Shown here: piece after piece, positions 36,993 through 44,947 of the stretch | How the letters are laid out: every line of letters starts with the position of its first letter | Position numbering within the stretch: position 1 is the stretch's first letter | The notes under the pieces: generated by a model | The model's database searches: none | Told to the model about the DNA's origin: nothing | What the model saw: only the letters and a program-made list of their open reading frames with translations | From: an uncultured Planctomycetales bacterium | GTDB taxonomy: Bacteria > Omnitrophota > Gorgyraeia > Gygaellales > Profunditerraquicolaceae | DNA length: 64,000 nt | Reading direction: 5' to 3' | NCBI GenBank assembly: GCA_964487475.1 | Contig: CAZAPM010000010.1 | Location: 3,005 to 67,004, forward strand | Translations under genes and position numbers: made by a program

Positions 36993-38698
36993 GCGTGAAC
37001 GCGCAGGTGGCGTCCCTTTTCCGGGAGATCGCCCAGATCCTCGAGATCAAAGGGGAGAACGTCTTCCGTATCCGGGCCTATGAGCGGGCCGCATCCCAGA
37101 TCGAATCCCTTTCCCAGGACCTTACCGAACTTGCGCGTCTTGATACGCTGACTTCCATCCCCGGCATCGGCAAAGACCTTTCCGAACGCATCAAGGAGTA
37201 TCTTTCGACCGGCAGGATCAATATCTTCGAAGAGCTCAAGCAGAGTATCCCCGAAGGGGTGCTGGCGCTTTTGAGGATCCCGGGGGTCGGGCCCAAGACC
37301 GCCAAGCTTTTGTACGAGCGGCTCTCGATCACCGGCATCGACGATCTGGAGCAGGCGATTGTGCGGGGCAGGCTGCGGGGGATCGAAGGGATCAAGGAGA
37401 AGACCATCCAAAACCTGGTGCAGGGGATCGCGCTGGTGCGCCGGGGCATGGAGCGGATGACCTTAGGGGAAGCCTGGGAGGTGGCGGGGGAGTTTGTGCG
37501 GGCGCTGGAGAAGCTTCCCGAGGTAAAGCGGCTTTCCGTGGCGGGAAGCCTGCGGCGGCAGAAGGAGACGGTGCGGGATATCGACGTGCTGGTGGAATCC
37601 GCGGCGCCGGATAAGGTGATGCAGGTCTTCACTTCTCTGCCGGCTGTGGAGCAGGTGCAGTCGCACGGGGAGACGAAAAGCTCGGTCCGTACGGGAACCG
37701 GGGTGCAGGTGGATTGCCGGGTGGTGGAGAAAAGTTCTTTTGGCGCGGCGCTGGTGTATTTCACCGGTTCCAAGGATTTCAACATCAAGCTCAGGCAGTT
37801 GGCGATCAAAAAAGGTTTGAAGGTCAATGAGTACGGGGTGTTCAAGGGGGAGCGCAGCGTTGCCGGTGTCACGGAGGAAGAGGTGTTCAAGGCGCTGGGG
37901 ATGGAGTATGTGGAGCCGGAGCTGCGGGAGGATTCCGGGGAGGTGGAGCTGGCGCTTAAGGGTGCGCTGCCCGAACTTATTTCCCTGGAGGATATCAAAG
38001 GCGACCTGCATGTGCACTCCTCCTGGTCGGACGGGCAGGAAACGATCCAGACCATGGCGCTGGCGGCGAAGAAGCGAGGGTATTCGTATGTGGCGATCAC
38101 CGACCATTCCCAGAGTTTGCGGATAGCGGGGGGGCTGGACTTGGCGGCGCTGAAAAAGAAAAAGAAGGAGATCGAGAAGGTCAACGCCGGGCTCACCGGG
38201 ATCCGGGTGCTTTTCGGCACGGAGGCGGATATCGATAGCGAGGGCGGGATCGATTATCCCGATGCGGTGCTCAAGGATTTCGACATCGTGGTGGCGGCGT
38301 TGCATACGGGGTTCAGGCAGTCTGCGGGGCAGATCACGAAGCGCCTGGTGGCGGCATGCCGCAACCCGCACGTGCATGTGATCGCGCATCCGACCGGAAG
38401 GCTTTGGGGGGAGCGCGAGGCGTATGCGCTGGATATGGAGGAGGTGTTCAAGGTTGCGGCGGAAAGCGGCACGTGCCTGGAGATCAATTCATATCCGAAG
38501 CGGCTGGATTTGAACGATGTGCATGTGCGCCGGGCTAAAGAGGCGGGGGTGCGCATCGTGATCAACACGGATTCCCATGTGGCCGGCCAGCTGGAGCATA
38601 TGCGGCTGGGGGTGGCGGTGGCCCGCCGCGGCTGGCTTACCAAAAAGGACGTTCTTAACACGCTTCCTCTCGATAATCTTCTAAAATCTTTAAAGTAG
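36989..38698 (+). CDS. polX: family X DNA polymerase with C-terminal PHP domain
   Basis: HhH N-terminus, pol beta-like palm (GSLRRQKETVRDIDVLV), PHP domain (DLHVHSSWSDG...HPTGR). ATG 36989 overlaps the panE stop. Confidence 0.85.
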   Translation: MSVNAQVASLFREIAQILEIKGENVFRIRAYERAASQIESLSQDLTELARLDTLTSIPGIGKDLSERIKEYLSTGRINIFEELKQSIPEGVLALLRIPGVGPKTAKLLYERLSITGIDDLEQAIVRGRLRGIEGIKEKTIQNLVQGIALVRRGMERMTLGEAWEVAGEFVRALEKLPEVKRLSVAGSLRRQKETVRDIDVLVESAAPDKVMQVFTSLPAVEQVQSHGETKSSVRTGTGVQVDCRVVEKSSFGAALVYFTGSKDFNIKLRQLAIKKGLKVNEYGVFKGERSVAGVTEEEVFKALGMEYVEPELREDSGEVELALKGALPELISLEDIKGDLHVHSSWSDGQETIQTMALAAKKRGYSYVAITDHSQSLRIAGGLDLAALKKKKKEIEKVNAGLTGIRVLFGTEADIDSEGGIDYPDAVLKDFDIVVAALHTGFRQSAGQITKRLVAACRNPHVHVIAHPTGRLWGEREAYALDMEEVFKVAAESGTCLEINSYPKRLDLNDVHVRRAKEAGVRIVINTDSHVAGQLEHMRLGVAVARRGWLTKKDVLNTLPLDNLLKSLK

Positions 38699-38750
38699 GG
38701 ACGGTTCTCATTCACGGTTAAAACTGTCCCCTCTCGTCGGGAAAAAACAG

Positions 38751-39755
38751 ATGAAAAGGATGATTGCTTCGATCTTTTGTTCCCTATGTCGCTCTGGGTT
38801 CGACGGGAGATTAGGGTTTCGCTTTCTGCGAAAGGGACACTTTGTACCGTATTTGAGAACCGTCCCGGTTTTGTTGCTGGTGGGGTGTGCGCCGGTGCAT
38901 AAGAGCTCGTACCTGGTGATGGGGACGTACCTCGAGGTGACCTCGGATGACCCCCGGGCAGGAGCGATCGTCCGCGACGAGTTCCGGCGCGTGGAAAAGC
39001 TCATGAGCGCGTATGACCCGGAAAGCGATGTCGGCCGCCTTAATCGCAACGGCCGCGCCGAGGTGCGCCCCGATACTCTGCAAGTGATGGCGGCGGCACA
39101 GGAGGTATGGCGCCAAAGTCACGGTGCGTTCGACGTCACCGTGGGGCCGCTCCTGGACCTCTGGGGCTTTACCGATAAACAGTTCCGCGAGCCTTCCGCC
39201 GCGCAGGTCGCCTCGGCTAAACGCCTGGTGGGCATGGACAAAATCATTGTGCACCCCCAAGAATCCGTGATAGAATTAACCGTTCCCGGGATGAGGATCG
39301 ACCTGGGAGGTATCGCCAAAGGGTATGCCCTGGATACTTCGGTCAGGCTGCTTTCTCAGGCGGGGATCAGGAACTGCCTGATCAATGCCGGAGGCCAGGT
39401 GTACGCGCTGGGGTATAAACACCGCCGGCCGTGGGTGATCGCATTGCGCCATCCCCGCGATCCGAAAAGAGCGTATCCCGCGCAGCAGCTCATGCCGGGT
39501 AATTCGTTCTCCACCTCAGGTGATTACGAGCAGTATTTTACGGCGCAGGGCAGGCGTTTCAGCCACATCCTCGATCCGCGCACCGGCTCGCCTGCGCAGG
39601 CAGGTATCATGTCGGTGACCGTATCCTCGCCCAGCGCCATGTACGCGGATGCGCTCTCGACCGCCATATTCGTCCTGGGAGAGAAGGAAGGCCGCGCCCT
39701 GGCAGCGCGTTGTAACGTGCAGATCGTTTCATTGATCCGTTCAGACGATGAATAA
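38751..39755 (+). CDS. apbE: FAD:protein FMN transferase
   Basis: ApbE family: lipoprotein-like N-terminus, SxxGDYEQYF and GIAKGYA motifs. Confidence 0.8.
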   Translation: MKRMIASIFCSLCRSGFDGRLGFRFLRKGHFVPYLRTVPVLLLVGCAPVHKSSYLVMGTYLEVTSDDPRAGAIVRDEFRRVEKLMSAYDPESDVGRLNRNGRAEVRPDTLQVMAAAQEVWRQSHGAFDVTVGPLLDLWGFTDKQFREPSAAQVASAKRLVGMDKIIVHPQESVIELTVPGMRIDLGGIAKGYALDTSVRLLSQAGIRNCLINAGGQVYALGYKHRRPWVIALRHPRDPKRAYPAQQLMPGNSFSTSGDYEQYFTAQGRRFSHILDPRTGSPAQAGIMSVTVSSPSAMYADALSTAIFVLGEKEGRALAARCNVQIVSLIRSDDE

Positions 39756-40587
39756 AGTGCTTTTCAAGGAACTTATCGCTCCTCAGGTCACGAAACTGGT
39801 GATCGAGTGCCCGGATGCCGCACGCCGCGCCGCCGCCGGCCAGTTCGTGGCCGTGGTCATCGACGAGCAGGGGGAGCGTATCCCGCTGACCATCGCGGAC
39901 GCGGACAAGGATAAAGGCACGATCACGCTTATTTTTCAGCAGGTCGGCTATACCACACAGCGGCTGGCAGCCCTGCAGCCGGGGCAGGAGATCGCCCATA
40001 TCCTCGGCCCGCTCGGTCATCCCACCAAGACCGAAGGCATTAAGAGCGTCGTGACGATCGGGGGAGGAGTGGGGATCGCCGAAGTGTATCCGGTGTCCCG
40101 GGCTTTCAAACAGGCAGGCAGCCGTGTCATCGGGATCATCGGCAGCCGCACCAAGGAGTTGGTGATCCTGGAAAAGGAGATGTCCGCGGTCTGCGACGAG
40201 CTTTTCGTCACCACCGACGACGGCAGCTACGGCCGCAAAGGCCTGGTGCTGGATGTGCTCAAGGACCTTTTTACCGCGATAGAGCGTTCCACCCATACCG
40301 TGTTCCCCGACTTAGTGTATGTTATCGGCCCGGTGCGCATGATGCAGGCGGTCTCCGAGTTCACCAAGGGGTTCGGGGTGCGCACCATCGTGAGCCTCAA
40401 TCCGCTGATGGTCGACGCCACGGGGATGTGCGGCGCGTGCCGCTGCACGGTGGCGGGCAAGACCGTGTTCGGGTGCGTGGACGGCCCGGAGTTCGACGGC
40501 CATCAGGTGGATTTCAACGAGCTCGCTTCCCGCCTGAGGTTCTTCGGGGATGAGGAGGAGCGCATGCGCCGGGAGCCTCGCACATGA
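39748..40587 (+). CDS. NfnA/SudB/PyrK-like FAD/[2Fe-2S] electron-transfer subunit
   Basis: FNR-like FAD/NAD module and C-terminal CGACRC [2Fe-2S] motif. Paired with a GltD-like subunit downstream. Confidence 0.75.
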   Translation: MNKVLFKELIAPQVTKLVIECPDAARRAAAGQFVAVVIDEQGERIPLTIADADKDKGTITLIFQQVGYTTQRLAALQPGQEIAHILGPLGHPTKTEGIKSVVTIGGGVGIAEVYPVSRAFKQAGSRVIGIIGSRTKELVILEKEMSAVCDELFVTTDDGSYGRKGLVLDVLKDLFTAIERSTHTVFPDLVYVIGPVRMMQAVSEFTKGFGVRTIVSLNPLMVDATGMCGACRCTVAGKTVFGCVDGPEFDGHQVDFNELASRLRFFGDEEERMRREPRT

Positions 40588-41954
40588 GACATAAGGTCCC
40601 CCAGCAGGATCCGGCAGCGCGCCGCAGCAATTTTTCCGAAGTGGCCGCGGGATTCTCCGAAGCGCAGGCAAAGGAGGAGGCCTCCCGCTGTCTGCAGTGC
40701 AAGAATCCCCTGTGCGTGAAAGGGTGTCCCGTCGGGATCGATATCCCCTCGTTCATCGGCCTGATCAAGGAGGGCAAGCGCAAGGAAGCGTTGGCCAAGA
40801 TCAAGGAAGTGAATAACCTTCCGGCGGTATGCGGCCGCGTCTGTCCTCAGGAGGACCAGTGCGAGAAGGCCTGCATCCTGCAGGCGAAGAAGGCGCCCAT
40901 AAATATCGGAGGTCTGGAGCGGTTTGCCGCGGACTGGGAGCTGCTGCATCTGGAGGTGCGCGCGCCCTCGCCGGCAGTCCCTTCCCGGGGTAAAAAAGTC
41001 GCGGTGGTAGGCAGCGGCCCGGCGGGCTTGACCTGCGCCGCCGACCTGGCGAAGATGGGGTATGCGGTGACGTTGTTCGAATCCCTGCATGTCCCCGGCG
41101 GGGTCCTGGTCTACGGGATCCCGGAGTTCCGCCTTCCGAAAAAGATCGTGCATGACGAGGTGGAGTATATCCGCAGCCTCGGGGTCACCGTGCGTACGGA
41201 CGTGCTCATCGGGAATACTCTGACACTGGAGGACCTTTTCGGGCAGGGGTATCAGGCGGTGTTCGTGGCCGCGGGCGCCGGTTTGCCGCAGTTCTTAGGC
41301 ATCCCGGGAGAGAACCAGGCAGGGGTGTATTCCGCCAACGAGTTCCTCACCCGCGTCAATCTGATGAAAGCGTACGAATTCGGCAAGTACGCCACGCCCG
41401 TCAGGATAGGCAAGAAGACCTGTACCGTAGGCGGCGGCAACGTGGCATTCGACTGCGCGAGGGTGGCCTTGCGCTTGGGCAGCGAATCTACCCTGGTGTA
41501 CCGCCGCACCGAAGCGGAGATGCCGGCGAGGATCGAAGAGATCGAGAACGCCAAGGAAGAGGGAGTGAGTTTTCAGCTGCTTACCCAGCCGGTGCGGGTG
41601 CTGGGGGACGAAAAAGGATTCGTGCGCGGACTGGAGTGTATCCGGATGGAACTCGGCGAGCCGGATGCTTCGGGCAGGCGCAGGCCGGTGCCGGTGAAGG
41701 GGTCGAATTTCGTGGTGGAAGCCGATACCCTCATCATTGCCATCGGACAGAACCCCAATCCGCTGCTTGCCAAGGCCACTGCCGGCCTTGAGGTGACGGA
41801 GGAGGGGACGCTTAAGGTCGACGAGCATCAGATGACTTCCCTCCCCGGGGTGTTCGCCGGAGGGGATATCGCTTCCGGCGCCGCGACGGTTATTTCCGCC
41901 ATGGGCGCGGGAAAGAAGGCGGCCCGGGAGATCGACGCATACTTGACACGATGA
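40584..41954 (+). CDS. NfnB/SudA/GltD-like NADPH-dependent oxidoreductase subunit
   Basis: N-terminal 2x[4Fe-4S] motifs (CLQCKNPLC...GCPV, CGRVCPQEDQCEKAC). Two GxGxxG dinucleotide folds (VAVVGSGPAGLTCA, CTVGGGNVAFDCA). Confidence 0.85.
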   Translation: MRHKVPQQDPAARRSNFSEVAAGFSEAQAKEEASRCLQCKNPLCVKGCPVGIDIPSFIGLIKEGKRKEALAKIKEVNNLPAVCGRVCPQEDQCEKACILQAKKAPINIGGLERFAADWELLHLEVRAPSPAVPSRGKKVAVVGSGPAGLTCAADLAKMGYAVTLFESLHVPGGVLVYGIPEFRLPKKIVHDEVEYIRSLGVTVRTDVLIGNTLTLEDLFGQGYQAVFVAAGAGLPQFLGIPGENQAGVYSANEFLTRVNLMKAYEFGKYATPVRIGKKTCTVGGGNVAFDCARVALRLGSESTLVYRRTEAEMPARIEEIENAKEEGVSFQLLTQPVRVLGDEKGFVRGLECIRMELGEPDASGRRRPVPVKGSNFVVEADTLIIAIGQNPNPLLAKATAGLEVTEEGTLKVDEHQMTSLPGVFAGGDIASGAATVISAMGAGKKAAREIDAYLTR

Positions 41955-42772
41955 ACGCTACAGAGATCAGATCCTTAAAAGGGAAACGCAAGGTGACCAT
42001 GCTCACTGCCTATGATTATCCTACGGCAGCGCTGGTCGACCGCGCCGGAATAGATATGGTGCTGGTGGGGGATTCCCTGGCCAACGTGGTCCTGGGGCTC
42101 GAGTCCACTACCGAAATTGGCATGCCGGAGATGCTCCATCATGCCAAGGCGGTGACCAGGGCGGTCAAGCAGGCGCTGGTGATAGGGGATATGCCTTTTG
42201 ACGCGTATCAGCGTGATCCCTCTGTCGCCCTTTCCAATGCCCGCAGATTCATCGAAGAGGCGCATTGCGCAGGGGTAAAAGTGGAGTGGTTTGACCACTG
42301 TATTGAGGTTACCGGGTGTCTGGTGGAGGCGGGGATCCCTGTGATGGGTCATATCGGCCTTACGCCCCAGACCGCAGATAAACTCGGCGGGTTCAAGGTG
42401 CAGGGAAAAGACGCGCAGGCGGGAAAGCTTCTGATCAGCCAGGCTCAGGCTTTGGAAAAAGCGGGGTGTTTTTCCCTGGTCCTGGAATGCGTGCCGGATA
42501 AACTGGCCGGATTGATCACCCGCAAGGTGTCCATCCCAACTATCGGTATCGGCGCGGGAGCGGCCTGCGACGGCCAGGTGCTGGTGATCAACGATCTGCT
42601 GGGGCTCTTCGAGAGGTATACCCCTAAGTTCGTCAAGCAGTACGTCAACCTTTCTCCGCTGATCTTAGAGGCTTTGCAGCGTTATAAGAAGGACGTGGAG
42701 GAGGGGACGTTCCCCGGCCCGGAGCACAGTTTCACCATCAAAGAAGAAGAGTTCAGGAAACTCGAAGAATGA
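41951..42772 (+). CDS. panB: 3-methyl-2-oxobutanoate hydroxymethyltransferase
   Basis: MLTAYDYPTA, VGDSLANVVLG, HIGLTPQ motifs. 273 aa. Confidence 0.88.
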   Translation: MNATEIRSLKGKRKVTMLTAYDYPTAALVDRAGIDMVLVGDSLANVVLGLESTTEIGMPEMLHHAKAVTRAVKQALVIGDMPFDAYQRDPSVALSNARRFIEEAHCAGVKVEWFDHCIEVTGCLVEAGIPVMGHIGLTPQTADKLGGFKVQGKDAQAGKLLISQAQALEKAGCFSLVLECVPDKLAGLITRKVSIPTIGIGAGAACDGQVLVINDLLGLFERYTPKFVKQYVNLSPLILEALQRYKKDVEEGTFPGPEHSFTIKEEEFRKLEE

Positions 42773-43485
42773 AGCATAAGATCCGCAAGTTTTTCCTGCT
42801 TACCGTCCTGCTCTCCCTTGCCGTGGTGTACATCGCCAGGTTCGGCGGGCCGCAGCTGCTTAAATTCTACATCAAGACCGGCATGGGAAGCTGCCATGAC
42901 CAGAAGATCTTCTGCGCCCTTCCGGAGCGGTCCTATCGTGACCCTGCCGTCGATGAATCGTTCCTGGCGGAGCTTAAGACGTACACTTTTCCGGAGATGC
43001 AGATCGGGCTGCCGAAGGAGGTCAAGGTGGTCATGGGGGATCAGACCAGGAGTTATTACAAGAAGCGGCCCTGGAAGACCCGCGGGTCGGTGGCGTACCT
43101 GTTGTACCGCGCCCCCGGCTTCTTCATCGGATTGTTCCCGCAGCTGCGCAAGTCCGGGATCAACGACGATTATGCCTTCGTTGCCCGCATGATGCAGGCC
43201 AGGGTCGAGGATATCAGCGGGATCGACGATTCCTTTTTCGTGATCATCAAAAGCCTGTTCACCCCTGACTTAGGCTCGCAGGACGAGATGAGCATCATCT
43301 CCTTCACCCTGGGGGAAAAGAGGGGGTTCATCACCTTTAACCTGGAGCCGCAGACGCGCTATTTCGACTGCAATTTTTTTGACGCAAAGGACAACTATTT
43401 CAAGGTATATATAAAGGATAAGCAGGCTGCCCTTGACCTGCCCAAGGTATTCGCCATCATTTCTACGGTCAGGAAGCCGGGATAA
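42769..43485 (+). CDS. membrane-anchored hypothetical protein
   Basis: N-terminal TM (FFLLTVLLSLAVVYIA). No recognised domain. Confidence 0.45.
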   Translation: MKHKIRKFFLLTVLLSLAVVYIARFGGPQLLKFYIKTGMGSCHDQKIFCALPERSYRDPAVDESFLAELKTYTFPEMQIGLPKEVKVVMGDQTRSYYKKRPWKTRGSVAYLLYRAPGFFIGLFPQLRKSGINDDYAFVARMMQARVEDISGIDDSFFVIIKSLFTPDLGSQDEMSIISFTLGEKRGFITFNLEPQTRYFDCNFFDAKDNYFKVYIKDKQAALDLPKVFAIISTVRKPG

Positions 43486-43508
43486 CGCAACGCTTCGAGC
43501 TTTTCCCC

Positions 43509-43538
43509 TTGACATTCCCGGGAAAATACGCTACAAAT
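43509..43538 (+). promoter_or_regulatory. sigma70-like promoter (TTGACA-17-TACAAAT) for glyQS
   Basis: ccTTGACAttcccgggaaaatacgcTACAAAT lies about 25 nt before the ORF. Confidence 0.45.
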
Positions 43539-43561
43539 AGAGACTCTATTCCCAAAACCCT

Positions 43562-44902
43562 ATGGAAATCTCCCTGATGGAAAAGATCATTTCCCTGTGT
43601 AAACGCAGGGGTTTCATTTTTCAGTCCTCCGAGATATACGGCGGCCTGAGCAACACCTGGGATTACGGGCCCTTCGGCGTTGAGCTGAAGAACAACCTGA
43701 AGAAAGCCTGGTGGAAGTCCGTGGTCTACGAGCGCAACGATGTCTTCGGTATGGACGCGGCGATCCTCATGCACCCTAAGGTCTGGGAAGCTTCCGGCCA
43801 CGTGGCCAATTTCTTCGACTTGAAGAGCGACTGCAAGGGGTGCAAGAAACGTTTCAAATCCGCGGACTTGAAGGATCCGCTCAAGTGCCCGGAGTGCGGA
43901 GGGGAGCTTACCGAAGGCCGTCCTTTCAACCTGATGTTCAAGACCCATCAGGGGCCGGTGGAGGAGTCTTCCGCCGTGGTGTACCTGCGTCCGGAGACCG
44001 CGCAGGGCATGTTCGTCAACTTCGCCAATATCCTCGACGCCCGCCACCCGAAGCTTCCCTTCGGCCTGGCGCAGGTCGGCAAGTCATTCCGCAACGAGAT
44101 CACCCCCGGCAATTTCACCTTCCGTACCCGCGAATTCGAGCAGATGGAGGTGGAGTATTTCGTCAAGCCCGACGAAGCGGACGCCAAGCTGGCGGAGTGG
44201 ATCGAGTACCGGTTCAACTGGTACCTGGGGCTGGGCCTGAAAAAAGAGAACTTGCGTCTGCGCCATCACGGGGCGGATGAGCTGGCGCATTATGCCCGGG
44301 CCTGCGTGGATGTGGAGTACCGTTTCCCCTTCACTTCCCGCGGCGGGGCGAGCACGGAAGAGGGGTCCTGGAGCGAGCTGGAGGGGATCGCCAACCGTAC
44401 CGATTTCGACTTAAAACAGCACCAGCAGCACAGCGGCAAGGACCTTACCTATTTTGACGAATCCACCAAGGAGAGATTCCATCCTTTCATCATCGAGCCT
44501 TCGGGCGGGGTGGACCGCGGGGTACTGGCGTTCCTGGTGGATTCATACTCCGAGGAGAAGGTCAAGGACGAGAAGCGCATCTGTTTGAAGCTGCATAAGG
44601 ACCTGGCGCCGGTCAAGATCGCGGTGCTGCCGCTTCTGCGCAACCGGCCGGAGATCGTGGAGCTGGCGCACCGGATCGCGCAGGACCTCAAGAAACGCTT
44701 CGTGACCGTGTATGACGATACCGGCTCCATCGGGAAACTGTACCGCCGTCAGGACGAGGTGGGTACGTTGTATTGTTTGACGGTCGACGTGCAGTCCCTG
44801 GAGGATCACCAGGTGACGGTGCGCGACCGGGATACCATGCTTCAGGACCGGGTCTCCATCGACCGGCTGAGGGAATATTTCGACGGGAAATTATCGGATT
44901 AG
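43562..44902 (+). CDS. glyQS: glycine--tRNA ligase (alpha2 dimeric type)
   Basis: RRGFIFQSSEIYGGLSNTWDYGPFG, class II motifs, C-terminal anticodon-binding domain. 446 aa. Confidence 0.88.
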   Translation: MEISLMEKIISLCKRRGFIFQSSEIYGGLSNTWDYGPFGVELKNNLKKAWWKSVVYERNDVFGMDAAILMHPKVWEASGHVANFFDLKSDCKGCKKRFKSADLKDPLKCPECGGELTEGRPFNLMFKTHQGPVEESSAVVYLRPETAQGMFVNFANILDARHPKLPFGLAQVGKSFRNEITPGNFTFRTREFEQMEVEYFVKPDEADAKLAEWIEYRFNWYLGLGLKKENLRLRHHGADELAHYARACVDVEYRFPFTSRGGASTEEGSWSELEGIANRTDFDLKQHQQHSGKDLTYFDESTKERFHPFIIEPSGGVDRGVLAFLVDSYSEEKVKDEKRICLKLHKDLAPVKIAVLPLLRNRPEIVELAHRIAQDLKKRFVTVYDDTGSIGKLYRRQDEVGTLYCLTVDVQSLEDHQVTVRDRDTMLQDRVSIDRLREYFDGKLSD

Positions 44903-44947
44903 TGCAGGTTAGATTTTATTAACCGTAAAAAGAAAGGAACCACGGAA

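Noticed and set aside
37078-38389. Minus-strand ORFs 37078-38220 and 37463-38389 antisense to polX
   Set aside because: PolX on + has HhH, palm and PHP motifs in order. The minus frames are Ser/Arg/Pro-rich.
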